64,000 nucleotides of DNA. Origin: a virus. A model generated the notes under the pieces. That model saw nothing but the letters and a program-made list of their open reading frames with translations. It searched no databases and was not told where the DNA came from. The translations under genes and the position numbers were made by a program. Location: the IMG/VR virus record IMGVR_UViG_3300043410_001823, positions 21,338 to 85,337 of that record, one strand, 5' to 3'. Positions 46,931 to 57,192 of the stretch are shown in pieces (the stretch's first letter is position 1; every line of letters starts with the position of its first letter).

Positions 46931-48262
46931 TTACCTAAATAGGTCGGTTGTTTTGAGGAAACGTTCGCCCCATAGGGATTTTTGAACCTGTGAAGTAGGT
47001 TCTAACTGTACGATTTCGCCTAAATCGCCAGACTTGCGGAAAGCTGTGTCAAGTTCGACAGCATCTACTCGCTTTCCAAATTCATTAAAATTACCCTTAA
47101 CATCTGCGACTTCTTTTGCAACTATTGCAACTTGATCGTTTGTGTTTGCGAGTGATTTTGCTAGTTCAGCAACTTGATCATGAAGTGACTTCATGGTTGC
47201 TGCTAGGTCACCAAAGGCATTAGTAACAGAATTCTTAATTTCAGCAACTGCATCTACTGTGGCATCTACAGACTTTTCTACAACATCAGCTTGCGCTTCT
47301 GGAGCAGAATCTTCTGCCTTTGCAACAGTCTCAACTGGAAATTCTGCTTGAGCATCTGATTCATTCTTTGGTGATTCACCAAGTGCATGATCTTCAATCT
47401 CAACAGTTTTTTCCGCTGCTTCTTCTGCTTGTGTCTCTGGAGTAACCTCAACGCTTTCCTCTGCTGAATCTTCAGCAATTGGATTTACGATATCTTCTGT
47501 CATTGGATTGACCTCCTTTGTCATCTTAATTGTCCTAATGCCTTTTGCATTGTCAACTAAGAACTTTATTGTATCGGGGTTATCTACATCTGCTCGTTCA
47601 ATAAAACCAATATTTTTCATTGTTTCAAAACATGATGGACATGACTCACTAGACTCATCTGATGTTCGTGCAACAGCATCCTTTTCGCACCAGAATACAT
47701 CTAGTACATCTGCTTTTGCTAGAAATCCACCTACAACATCTTTTCCATCTACCTTCTCAATTGAGATAACATTAGCAAACTGATTTGCAGGGTTATCAAC
47801 AAGAGAAAGTTCAAACAAATGATATTCCTTAATAAGGCGTACTGGCTTATCTAATTCAACATTGTATTCGTCTTCTGACTTTGTAATGTTGCCACCAATC
47901 GAGAATCCCGTTAGTGTACCGTCCAAAACTTTTTCCCATGTATCTTGTGCACCCTTTGAAACGTAAGCAGATACATAAACTCCGTTATAAAACTTTTTTG
48001 TATTCGGATCAAAATAACGATCCTCTTTAAATGAGACTACCTTACCAACAGCTGTTGGCTGATGCATTTCACGTAGATTTCCACGGAACTTTCTGAAGGC
48101 CTCTAAGCTAGCCTCAGTTGAAACAATATCATTTTGTTTGTCAATATTGTCTAGAGTAGCAAAGCCTGATACAATACGCTTTTCCTGGTCTACCTTGCCG
48201 ATAGGCATAGAGAAGCGAAGATTGTCACCATCTGTGGTCCATTGTGCTTTATTGATAATCAT
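46931..48262 (-). CDS. Prohead protease fused to acidic/coiled-coil scaffold
   Basis: REMH, GFSIGG and ELSLVDNPAN protease motifs; E/A-rich C-terminal half. Confidence 0.88.
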   Translation of the reverse strand: MIINKAQWTTDGDNLRFSMPIGKVDQEKRIVSGFATLDNIDKQNDIVSTEASLEAFRKFRGNLREMHQPTAVGKVVSFKEDRYFDPNTKKFYNGVYVSAYVSKGAQDTWEKVLDGTLTGFSIGGNITKSEDEYNVELDKPVRLIKEYHLFELSLVDNPANQFANVISIEKVDGKDVVGGFLAKADVLDVFWCEKDAVARTSDESSESCPSCFETMKNIGFIERADVDNPDTIKFLVDNAKGIRTIKMTKEVNPMTEDIVNPIAEDSAEESVEVTPETQAEEAAEKTVEIEDHALGESPKNESDAQAEFPVETVAKAEDSAPEAQADVVEKSVDATVDAVAEIKNSVTNAFGDLAATMKSLHDQVAELAKSLANTNDQVAIVAKEVADVKGNFNEFGKRVDAVELDTAFRKSGDLGEIVQLEPTSQVQKSLWGERFLKTTDLFR

Positions 48263-48301
48263 AGCAGTATTATTATATCAAATGTTTTTAATGTTTCTCA
48301 G

Positions 48302-49972
48302 TTATTGAGACGCTCGACCTTCACCCTTAGGATTACGTCCAGACACTGTGGCTGGACCATCTGATTGGGTGTTAGTTCTTTGAGCATCTCTAGTTCTGTT
48401 TTTAGAGCCATTAGCCTTTGCATCAGCTGCTGCTCTAGCAGAAAGTTGTAGTGGTTCATCCCCGTGTGGAGCTTGAGGTAGACCCAAAATCTCACGAGCT
48501 TCATTAGGAATCATAATCTGATTCTTAACATAACGTTCCAAGATCTGTGACTGAGCAATCTCATCTGTTAGTGTAAGCTCATTAAACTTAAACTCAAGAA
48601 CATCTGTCTTTTCACGAATGATCTTGTTGACTACCTTTGCTAAATGGTTCTGCTCTGGTCTTGAAACTTGCTCTTTAAATGTTCGATCCTGTGCAAGAGA
48701 TGCAGCAAGTGCTGAGCTATCTGATCCACCAATTTTAGAAATTGGAATCTGATGAGCAATAAATATATCATCACGATTCTGCTTACGATATTCTCTAAAT
48801 GAACCTTCTTGAATTCCATTCTCAATTGGCATCATCTCAAACTCAACCTTGTTGTGATCTCCATCACCAGGTAGAGGAATATAAAGAGTTCTATGTGATT
48901 GTGACTTTAGTCCTGTTTGCAAAAAGCGGAACATCTTGTCTTCAGCATCAGGCGAAAGTTTTGCACCCTTAAGCATGATGATGTAACGTGGAACAGCTTT
49001 ATTTTCAAAATAGTCAATGTTGTATTGTGATGCAAGTTGATCACCAATAAGTGATGGCATTGCAGCAATAATATCTGGAACACCATAATATGTATTTAGT
49101 GGTGAGTATTCCTTAATATGGATAATTTCGTTTGGTCTTGGATCTGCTGTCAATGGATTTGGATTCTTGGCACCAAAGTTACGGAAGTAAACAAGTTTTT
49201 GTCCAATAATTTGTACATATCCATCCTTAAGACGACGCACACGCATTGTTGTAGAAGGTATGTGGCCTACATATCCAATGTCGCCCTTTACTGTTCTACC
49301 AATTTCAATATAACCATTTCCAGTTGCCTGTACATCTGTATAAACTTTTTCCATTGTTTTAATAAAAGAGTCATCATCATTCAATGACTCTATCCACTCA
49401 CGCAACTGAAGTTTTGCTCTTTCAATTCTGTTCCGTGCACGATCAACTTGATCTGAATCTTCGTTATTTTCTAATCTTAGTGCAACAGACTGTGTCGGGG
49501 AAAAATCATATCCAAGACTTACAACATTTTCAACCTTTGCATCAATTGCTGCATGGTTTGCAAACGATGTATCATAAAAATTTGCTAATTCATAAAGATT
49601 GTATGGTGGTGTGATAACATCAAAGATTCCGTAACCATTTCTATAAACAGTTCCAGGATTTAGTTGCTTTGAGTTTGCTCCGACACCAACTGGACTTGCT
49701 TTTGCAGAATCTAAATATGGCCCCATAGTATCTGATTGATACGGACGCATTGCATTCTTTGTATCTACATTGCTAAAACTTGTATAGTCTCCACCAGCTG
49801 CTTTTGTAACGTTTCGTGATGTACGACGTTTAAAATTTGTATCAATTCCGCCTAGATCTTTTAAGTTATCCCAAGATTTAGCAAAAGGATCTTTATCAGC
49901 GAATAAATCTTCACGAGCTGGCTGAGTATTTAAACTAATGTCTACAATTTGACTGTAATCTTCATTATCCAT
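48302..49972 (-). CDS. Portal protein
   Basis: TGNGYIEI, EIIHIK...YYGVP, YFENKAVP and PNEAREILGLP motifs. Confidence 0.9.
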   Translation of the reverse strand: MDNEDYSQIVDISLNTQPAREDLFADKDPFAKSWDNLKDLGGIDTNFKRRTSRNVTKAAGGDYTSFSNVDTKNAMRPYQSDTMGPYLDSAKASPVGVGANSKQLNPGTVYRNGYGIFDVITPPYNLYELANFYDTSFANHAAIDAKVENVVSLGYDFSPTQSVALRLENNEDSDQVDRARNRIERAKLQLREWIESLNDDDSFIKTMEKVYTDVQATGNGYIEIGRTVKGDIGYVGHIPSTTMRVRRLKDGYVQIIGQKLVYFRNFGAKNPNPLTADPRPNEIIHIKEYSPLNTYYGVPDIIAAMPSLIGDQLASQYNIDYFENKAVPRYIIMLKGAKLSPDAEDKMFRFLQTGLKSQSHRTLYIPLPGDGDHNKVEFEMMPIENGIQEGSFREYRKQNRDDIFIAHQIPISKIGGSDSSALAASLAQDRTFKEQVSRPEQNHLAKVVNKIIREKTDVLEFKFNELTLTDEIAQSQILERYVKNQIMIPNEAREILGLPQAPHGDEPLQLSARAAADAKANGSKNRTRDAQRTNTQSDGPATVSGRNPKGEGRASQ

Positions 49973-50375
49973 TGTCATATGCTTCTTTTCCAATTACATT
50001 AACTGTATCTTGAGCAGCCTTCCATGCACCTAGATCATTCATAGAAGGAATAAGTCCTTGCTTTAAACGATCCATTTGCTCTGAGTGCTCTTCTTCTGAA
50101 ATTCTTGTAAGTCCAGGAACAAAGACTGCTTGTCCATCGCCAGGATCTCCATTTCCCATTGCAGCAGCTTTTAACTTTGCAATTTGAGAAAGATCACCTT
50201 TCATTGAAGGAATGTTCAATACACTTCCTTCTCCGTCAGTAAACCAACGTCCGTTAGCCTTCTTATAAACGTATAGACCCCAGTCATAGTGTTTATCTAT
50301 AACCTGGCGTCTTACGTTTCCTACAATAGGCTTACCAGTTTTGCGGTTAATTAGTGGGCTTAGATCCATATCCAT
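49965..50375 (-). CDS. Hypothetical protein upstream of portal
   Basis: ORF overlapping the portal start; ATG lies 6 nt after TGGTATACT. Confidence 0.7.
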   Translation of the reverse strand: MDMDLSPLINRKTGKPIVGNVRRQVIDKHYDWGLYVYKKANGRWFTDGEGSVLNIPSMKGDLSQIAKLKAAAMGNGDPGDGQAVFVPGLTRISEEEHSEQMDRLKQGLIPSMNDLGAWKAAQDTVNVIGKEAYDNG

Positions 50376-50416
50376 ACCATAAGTATACCATAACTAAATG
50401 ATCAGTGACCAAAAAG

Positions 50417-52450
50417 CTATGAAATCTTAATCTCACAAACATCAGTTGTGCAATATGCCTCACCAGCAGCTTCTAGGTTGTCAACTCCATCATATATAGC
50501 AGACCAATCAATCTTCTTGATCTTACCAAGGTATGCCTCGTATTCATCCTTTGTGATTTCTGTATATGGTTGCTGTGGATAAGTTTTATTACCCATTGGT
50601 AGGAAAGACACTGCCTTAAGCTGACCCTCATACATATTGAGTGCGGGTGCAACGAACTTCTTCTCTTCATCTTTGTCAAATGAAAGAGTTACAGAAACAC
50701 CATTATCTGACCAATACTTCTGAGCTGTTGCTGCCAAACCAATCTTTTCAAATAGGCTAACCTGCTTCTCAGAACGCTTATGTCCTGATGCTACTGGGAA
50801 ATATACTACCTGAGTATTTGCTGATACTAGATCTTCTTCAATCTTATACCCCGCTGCTTTAAACAAGTGAAGCATTGGATCTTGATTTCCAAATCGAATA
50901 GCACGAAGATAAAACTCTCCACCTGGCCCCCAGTGAACTCCAGGAGTTGCGCCAGAAAGAAGAGAGACAGACCCTGAAGGCTTAACTGTTGTTACACGAA
51001 CTGACTCACGAACACAAAGCCATTCTGAATATTGATGGTCATACTTACGAATTGTATTATATCCTTCATCCATCCACTCACGTGTTGTTGGAAGGCCATG
51101 CTCATCAGCAAATGCTGCGATACCTGTCAAAGATGTTCCAATACGACGATTGCGTTGCATGATACCATTTGTCTGCTGCCAATGTGTTGGCATAAGGGTT
51201 ACAGTCTTGCCATAAAGATAAGCAAACTTCAACGTCTTGAGGAAGTCCTCCTTGGATTCATGACGATTTAAATGCACCTCTACAAGCGTACATAATTCGT
51301 AACTTTCCAATGGCTGCTCCGCACAAGGGTTGAAGCCCATAATGCGAGTGTCCTTGTAATCAGGAGCATCTGCAAGACGGCCATAATCACGTGCAACATC
51401 AAGCCAAATAAAACCTGGCTCTCCATTATCTGCAATTAAATCTACATAATCTTCATACTTAGTTCCAACTTTTGCAGCAATGGAGTTATTACTCATCCAA
51501 GCCCATCCTGGATTCTTCGGATCATATGAATTTCTATCTGGAAAAACTTCTGGATTCTTAAGATTAATGAATGAATCATCTTCTGGAGTTCCCAGAGCAA
51601 GTGTTGCTGATCTACGAACATTTCCAGAAACAACACATGTTCCAATTAAATTAATAATGTCTACAATTGCTCTGCTATCAAGCATCTCTCCCGCTCTAGA
51701 GCCTACAACAGACCGAATGCGTGTGTGTAGGTCAATCAATGGCTGTGGACCGCTAGCAACGCCACCAAAGCCCTTAATAGGGGCACCCATTGGACGGATA
51801 AGGTCATAGTTAAACTCTTGAATAGGCTGATTTTGACGAAGGAATGAGTTAATCAAAAGACGAACAGATTCCACCCATCCTTCACGAGTATCTGGAATAT
51901 CATAAACAGAAGCTGGCTCTGTTGGAGCAAAAATAGGCATTTGCTTATCTTGTCCAAGAGTATCAAAGCCAACACCAATTCCAAGCATCAAAGCATCCAT
52001 AACCCACGAAAATAGAGCACCTGGATCATTGCGGTCAATGTCACGAGTAGATACCATTGCACAGTTTTGAAGAGAGGCAGAGTTACGCTTCTCCATAGTC
52101 ATTGGAGTACCAAATGCCCATAGGCCTCGTCCTGGTGGTGTCCACTTTAGCTCAAACATTCTCTGAAATGCTTCTTGAGCAGACTTCTGAGCCTTGTTAT
52201 CGTTCCAAGGTAGACGGTTATCTTTAGCGTGGTTCTTTTGAACTGAGTACATACCCTCAATTACACGACGACACACCTCGTACCAACGTTCCTTTGTGCC
52301 ATCATCCTTAACACGAGAATAAGTTCTGATAAATGTAATCTCTCCAAGGGAGTTAGACCCTGCATCCTGGAATCCAAATGGAGCTGCAACTGCAGCATAC
52401 TTATTAACAAAATCTTCAGACAAACGGAAAGAGAAAACACTTTCAGACAT
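50417..52450 (-). CDS. nrdJ: Class II (adenosylcobalamin-dependent) ribonucleotide reductase
   Basis: PPGRGLW, LQNC, GNVRRSA, NPCAEQ, TVKPSG and C-terminal CTTDVC motifs. Confidence 0.93.
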   Translation of the reverse strand: MSESVFSFRLSEDFVNKYAAVAAPFGFQDAGSNSLGEITFIRTYSRVKDDGTKERWYEVCRRVIEGMYSVQKNHAKDNRLPWNDNKAQKSAQEAFQRMFELKWTPPGRGLWAFGTPMTMEKRNSASLQNCAMVSTRDIDRNDPGALFSWVMDALMLGIGVGFDTLGQDKQMPIFAPTEPASVYDIPDTREGWVESVRLLINSFLRQNQPIQEFNYDLIRPMGAPIKGFGGVASGPQPLIDLHTRIRSVVGSRAGEMLDSRAIVDIINLIGTCVVSGNVRRSATLALGTPEDDSFINLKNPEVFPDRNSYDPKNPGWAWMSNNSIAAKVGTKYEDYVDLIADNGEPGFIWLDVARDYGRLADAPDYKDTRIMGFNPCAEQPLESYELCTLVEVHLNRHESKEDFLKTLKFAYLYGKTVTLMPTHWQQTNGIMQRNRRIGTSLTGIAAFADEHGLPTTREWMDEGYNTIRKYDHQYSEWLCVRESVRVTTVKPSGSVSLLSGATPGVHWGPGGEFYLRAIRFGNQDPMLHLFKAAGYKIEEDLVSANTQVVYFPVASGHKRSEKQVSLFEKIGLAATAQKYWSDNGVSVTLSFDKDEEKKFVAPALNMYEGQLKAVSFLPMGNKTYPQQPYTEITKDEYEAYLGKIKKIDWSAIYDGVDNLEAAGEAYCTTDVCEIKIS

Positions 52451-52638
52451 TTTAAACCTCTCAAAAAGTAATAGAGCTTTACAATTTGTAAAGCAGTGTT
52501 AAGTATATCATAAATTTTAAAAGTATTCTACGCTTAAAAACTATATCTAAAGGTTTACATGAGAGTAAGCACTTAGATCTAAACAATCTAGTTAAACATA
52601 AAAGCAAGAGAGCTATTTAAAACTAATAGTGCTAGCTA

Positions 52639-53514
52639 TTAATCTTTATTTTGTTTCTTTAAATGCTTTCTAAATTCTTCTTTATCAATGTGCCTAAAAA
52701 ACTTTCCAGATAGTTCTTCGCCTTCGACGCCAGCACTTTGATATTCTCTAATCTTTTCTTCTGTAAACTGAGGATTAGGAATTAGTGGAATTTTCCATCT
52801 ATCGATATGCTCTTGATCTTTATTTCCTATTTGCTCATAGTACTCTGGGGTGCCATAATTGTAAAAAGTTCCAGGGTTGTCTATTGCCTTTAAAGAAAAA
52901 TTAGAAAAAGCATATCTAATTCCAGAGGTAACTTCTCTAACACCATGAGCATATGGATCAAAAGCACTATGGATAACCAAATCTCCTCTTTCTGGCTTAA
53001 ACTCTAAACACTGTCCAATAACATTGTTATCTTCAGTTTTTAAAGTGCCGTCTGGATTAATGTTTGGATAGAAGATTTCTCCACCTTCGTAATCTCCAAA
53101 ATATGCGACTACCCCATAGTCTAATTCGCAGCAGGTGCTCCATACATCTACTTGAGACAATAGATTACACATTCCTTTACCTGGACTATCGGAGTGAATA
53201 AACATTCCGTTGTCACCAGGCTTTACAGATAGCAGATTATTTTGTGGATGAATGACCCAGTCTGGGCCTATAATGTCTCCAATTTGTTCCCAAACATCTA
53301 TTAACCCATCAACTGTTGGAGTTAATTTTTCTGAATACCAAGAGATTAAAGTATCTTTATATACTTCATTTTGTGTGCCCCTCAAGCCAGACTCAATTTT
53401 TTCAACAAGCTCTGGCTTAATAATATTTTTAAAAAGAAATACTCCACTTTGGGTTCCATATGCATCTACATATGGAGATATTGTAATACAGTCTTCTCTT
53501 TCGTAAAACTTCAT
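52639..53514 (-). CDS. 2OG-Fe(II) oxygenase, prolyl 4-hydroxylase-like
   Basis: HSD...DYEGGEI...HGVREVTSGIRY. Confidence 0.85.
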   Translation of the reverse strand: MKFYEREDCITISPYVDAYGTQSGVFLFKNIIKPELVEKIESGLRGTQNEVYKDTLISWYSEKLTPTVDGLIDVWEQIGDIIGPDWVIHPQNNLLSVKPGDNGMFIHSDSPGKGMCNLLSQVDVWSTCCELDYGVVAYFGDYEGGEIFYPNINPDGTLKTEDNNVIGQCLEFKPERGDLVIHSAFDPYAHGVREVTSGIRYAFSNFSLKAIDNPGTFYNYGTPEYYEQIGNKDQEHIDRWKIPLIPNPQFTEEKIREYQSAGVEGEELSGKFFRHIDKEEFRKHLKKQNKD

Positions 53515-53535
53515 AGTTCCTCCCTCATAAAAATA

Positions 53536-54207
53536 TTATACCACCAATACTGAACAAGGCACTGTATATCTTATTCCAGATATGATTGGTTTTACCTCAT
53601 GAATAAACTCTGAAGTGGCTGGAAACATAACTAAGCTACCTGCTTTAGGCTTAATCATAACGTTGTGGTTTGGAAAATTAATTTCTCCGCCTTCATAGTC
53701 GTCATTTAAATACAAGACCATAGTGAAGGCCAATCCATAACTTCCATCCTGTCCATCTGCGTGTGGACCCATATTTTGACCAACATTCCATTTTTTTATA
53801 TTGATAATGTTTTGATCTAAAGCATATTTGTTTGGGTCTAATCCATGCCCTTTTGTATATCGATCAAAGCACATCTCTAAAGCCATACTTAGGCTATTGC
53901 GTATATACCTGGTTTTTTGCTCTACTCTTTTATTGTCAATTTGAATATTGTTAGATTCTGGAACAATGGTCTTATAGTATCCATATAAAACATTTTTGTC
54001 GTTACTTGCAGTCCATTCCTGCCACTTATTAATTCTTGGATAAGATTCTTCGACTAAATCTATTTCTTCAATAAAATCAACAAGTTCATTAGGACAGCTT
54101 ACAACATTATCCCAATACCAAATATTAGCACTTGGTGCAACTAGATCAAACATTGTATATTGCTTTTTACCTTCCATGTGAGAAAGGTTATTAGACATCA
54201 TACTCAT
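53536..54207 (-). CDS. 2OG-Fe(II) oxygenase, prolyl 4-hydroxylase-like
   Basis: HAD...YLNDDYEGGEINF...HEVKPIISGIRY. Confidence 0.88.
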   Translation of the reverse strand: MSMMSNNLSHMEGKKQYTMFDLVAPSANIWYWDNVVSCPNELVDFIEEIDLVEESYPRINKWQEWTASNDKNVLYGYYKTIVPESNNIQIDNKRVEQKTRYIRNSLSMALEMCFDRYTKGHGLDPNKYALDQNIINIKKWNVGQNMGPHADGQDGSYGLAFTMVLYLNDDYEGGEINFPNHNVMIKPKAGSLVMFPATSEFIHEVKPIISGIRYTVPCSVLVV

Positions 54208-54959
54208 TACTCAACCTCTTCGGCAAGATACTTATTTCCTTCTGGACTAATTCTATATCCACTTTCTCTGATATCTGCCCAGTCTTTTTGTTGATCTTTT
54301 TGCATAGCTCTAACCTCTGCCAATTCCTTGGCCCACTTTTCTCTAATATCTGCTGGATAATCAGACTCTTCTCTGTCATCCCAGAATGAACCTAGTGTGT
54401 ACCTAGCGCCATGTTTAATTACTGACACCTCATGCATATTTTTATGTCCGCCATGAAAAATAGCAAACATTCCAGCTTTAGGCTGTATAGATATATCTTG
54501 TTCTCCATAATTTGCTTTAAACTTTAATAATCCACCTTCAAAATCACTGTTCAAATACATAAAGCCAGCATATCTACTTCTAGTAAAGGCACCCATAACT
54601 CCATTGTTATCTGAATTGTCTGAGTGTAGCGGAGCAAATGCTCCTGGTAGCCACCTCTGTACGTGAAAACTAATTCTAGACATTTTCTCTGGAGAAACCC
54701 CAGCGACATTTGCTGCTGCTTCCCTATATCTAGTCATCATTGTAGACATCCAATTACTAGGTAAGCCAAATTGCTCTAAAATAGGGTCATTATCTTCTGG
54801 GTATCCAGCAGAGTATGATTCGTAGAAAGATATTGGCTTCCAGTAATCTGGATCTCTTTCAGCATAAGCTAAAATCATGTTTAAAGTTTTTTCTGATTCT
54901 TCTGGTGTCAAAAAATCATCATAAATATGAATATCCTCAGATATTTTATTTAGCTTCAT
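54207..54959 (-). CDS. 2OG-Fe(II) oxygenase, prolyl 4-hydroxylase-like
   Basis: HSD...YLNSDFEGG...HEVSVIKHGARY. Confidence 0.88.
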   Translation of the reverse strand: MKLNKISEDIHIYDDFLTPEESEKTLNMILAYAERDPDYWKPISFYESYSAGYPEDNDPILEQFGLPSNWMSTMMTRYREAAANVAGVSPEKMSRISFHVQRWLPGAFAPLHSDNSDNNGVMGAFTRSRYAGFMYLNSDFEGGLLKFKANYGEQDISIQPKAGMFAIFHGGHKNMHEVSVIKHGARYTLGSFWDDREESDYPADIREKWAKELAEVRAMQKDQQKDWADIRESGYRISPEGNKYLAEEVE

Positions 54960-55800
54960 TTGATTCTCTTTCCATCTTTTCAGCATGCATCTGCTCGTAA
55001 GGAATAATCTTTTGATCTTTTAGATATACCATATTGCGCTTATCTTCATAGTCAATTCTTTCTTCTTCCATCTTTGCCCATCGATATGCACCATGCTTCT
55101 TTTGGTTAGCTAGCCATTCAGCGCTTCCATCGTAATCAAACATAACAAAGTTTCTAATAAAGAATTTATTTCCATCTGGAATGGTTTTAACGCCATGGAA
55201 GAATGGTGCTCCTGAAGGAAATACAACAAGGTCTCCTGCCTTTGGCTTATGATTTACAATGTCTCCATTAATATAAAATTCAATATCTCCACCATTATAA
55301 TTATCATTAATATAAAAAGTACATGTGGTATGGAATTTTTCTCCAGGCATGTCTCTTTGAGAAATAATATAGTCAGTATGATATTGCATTGTCATATTAT
55401 TTTTTAAATTATCAATTTTATTGAAATACTTACACCAAGACTGGCCACTATATCTAGCACCCTCTGGAATCTCAATTCCTGTGTGCTTAAAGTAATGAGA
55501 TATTGCCTTATCATAAGATATAGCAATTTCCTCATACAGAGATTTCTCTTCTTCGAAAATTGGACCAAGTTCAGCTTGAGCTAACTCAGTTCCAAACTTT
55601 GCTTGCGTATATGTTCCAAAATGTGCCCAAGGATCCCAGGTCTTAAAGAAGTATTTTCCAGCACTAGATTCTTCAGAACGCATCATAATTTCATATGCCT
55701 TATCTGGATTGCTTAACATGTTTCGATAAACGATAACTCCTGGATAAAGTTCTTCCCAGTCTAGTGCATCTATATCATCTCTAAGGTTTAAACTATGCAT
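54946..55800 (-). CDS. 2OG-Fe(II) oxygenase, prolyl 4-hydroxylase-like
   Basis: HTD...YINDNYNGGDI...HGVKTIPDGNKF. Confidence 0.85.
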   Translation of the reverse strand: MHSLNLRDDIDALDWEELYPGVIVYRNMLSNPDKAYEIMMRSEESSAGKYFFKTWDPWAHFGTYTQAKFGTELAQAELGPIFEEEKSLYEEIAISYDKAISHYFKHTGIEIPEGARYSGQSWCKYFNKIDNLKNNMTMQYHTDYIISQRDMPGEKFHTTCTFYINDNYNGGDIEFYINGDIVNHKPKAGDLVVFPSGAPFFHGVKTIPDGNKFFIRNFVMFDYDGSAEWLANQKKHGAYRWAKMEEERIDYEDKRNMVYLKDQKIIPYEQMHAEKMERESNEAK

Positions 55801-56549
55801 TATTGATTCTCTTTCTGTTCGAATATCTTCTTATATTCTGGATTATCAAATCCACCAATATAATCTTGTGGAGGTTGCTTTTCTCCTGTATGTCTTTTAA
55901 TTGTCCAAAAAAATGGAGAAGTAAATCTATTTCCTGACTTAATTGGTCTTACCCCGTGGGCATAATGTCTATCACCAGGGAAGAAGTAGGCAGATCTTGG
56001 TTTTGGCTTAAACTCAATGCCATGTTGAGGGAAATAAAGCTCTCCTCCCTCGTAATCATCATTAAAATAAAATAAGGACGCTATGTCATACCAAGGAAAA
56101 TCATTTGGTCTTCCAGTCTCTTCTCCTACCCAAAACTCTTTATCTGCATGCGGTTCTTGCCTTGCACCAACTGGCCATTTTACAATTGCTGGTCCAGTTT
56201 CTTTTGCATCGACATTAAAAAATTTATCTACTTCTATTTTTAATCTATTAATCATGCTGTATATAAGTTCTAGAATTGATGGGTCTGAAGCCATCAATGA
56301 GTTGTATGTACAAACTCTATCTGCCCAAATATTATGATCATACAAAACTAGTCCATCTTCATCTATATGTGTTTCTGTTACATCCCAAATTTTATTATTA
56401 AGTGCAAAACTCATAAGTCTTTGCTGCTCTTCTTCTGTTAAGAAGTTTTCAAGCTCTACAATATTGTCTTCAGAATTACCAAAGAACCCTGATGGAGTTA
56501 TGGACTTTGGTGCGTTATTCTTATTCCATGCATTACTTGTTTCGTTCAT
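55800..56549 (-). CDS. 2OG-Fe(II) oxygenase, prolyl 4-hydroxylase-like
   Basis: HAD...YFNDDYEGGELYF...HGVRPIKSGNRF. Confidence 0.88.
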   Translation of the reverse strand: MNETSNAWNKNNAPKSITPSGFFGNSEDNIVELENFLTEEEQQRLMSFALNNKIWDVTETHIDEDGLVLYDHNIWADRVCTYNSLMASDPSILELIYSMINRLKIEVDKFFNVDAKETGPAIVKWPVGARQEPHADKEFWVGEETGRPNDFPWYDIASLFYFNDDYEGGELYFPQHGIEFKPKPRSAYFFPGDRHYAHGVRPIKSGNRFTSPFFWTIKRHTGEKQPPQDYIGGFDNPEYKKIFEQKENQ

Positions 56550-57163
56550 TCTGACTCCTTAACAACATATGGTGTAATTTCATAAGAACTAAAAGGCTTT
56601 TCATATACATAGACAGACGTTAGGTATCTACTTCCACTGCTTACTAATTTAACTCCATGATTAAAATTGCTAGGGAAAATAACAACTGATCCTGCCTTTG
56701 GCTTAATTGAAACTGAGTGATCTGGAAAATATATTTCTCCGCCCTGATAGTTATCATTAAAATAAAGCAATAAAGTTATGTATGGTTTTACATTAACCCC
56801 ATTTTCACTAACAAAGCCATAACCATCGTTATGAGATGACATTTCTGATCCCTCACAGTATTCTCTAATAGGTATTCCACCCAGATCAATATGATCTACA
56901 GAGATTGAAAGCGATAATTCAGATATATAGTCTTGTAAAGAATCTCTAAACACATCTAAAATTTCTTCATGTTCTTTGTCTTCTGATGAAACGTAGGCGC
57001 TATTGCCAACAATGGTGCTGCCACCATTTAGATTTGTATATGGTTGCCAAAAATATGATTTAAGTGATTGTAGCAAATTATCAGCTTGTAGACATGCGCC
57101 ATCTATTTCCCAAATTTTTTCTGCATGTCTGACAATGGTTCTAGAATTTCCCATATCGCTCAT
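56546..57163 (-). CDS. 2OG-Fe(II) oxygenase, prolyl 4-hydroxylase-like
   Basis: HND...YFNDNYQGGEIYF...HGVKLVSSGSRY; GGAGG RBS before ATG 57163. Confidence 0.88.
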   Translation of the reverse strand: MSDMGNSRTIVRHAEKIWEIDGACLQADNLLQSLKSYFWQPYTNLNGGSTIVGNSAYVSSEDKEHEEILDVFRDSLQDYISELSLSISVDHIDLGGIPIREYCEGSEMSSHNDGYGFVSENGVNVKPYITLLLYFNDNYQGGEIYFPDHSVSIKPKAGSVVIFPSNFNHGVKLVSSGSRYLTSVYVYEKPFSSYEITPYVVKESE

Positions 57164-57192
57164 TTTTGCCTCCAATTATATGATATCATATT

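Noticed and set aside
52451-52638. Cobalamin riboswitch upstream of nrdJ
   Set aside because: The leader from the promoter motif is only about 45 nt and the region is AT-rich with no B12-box.
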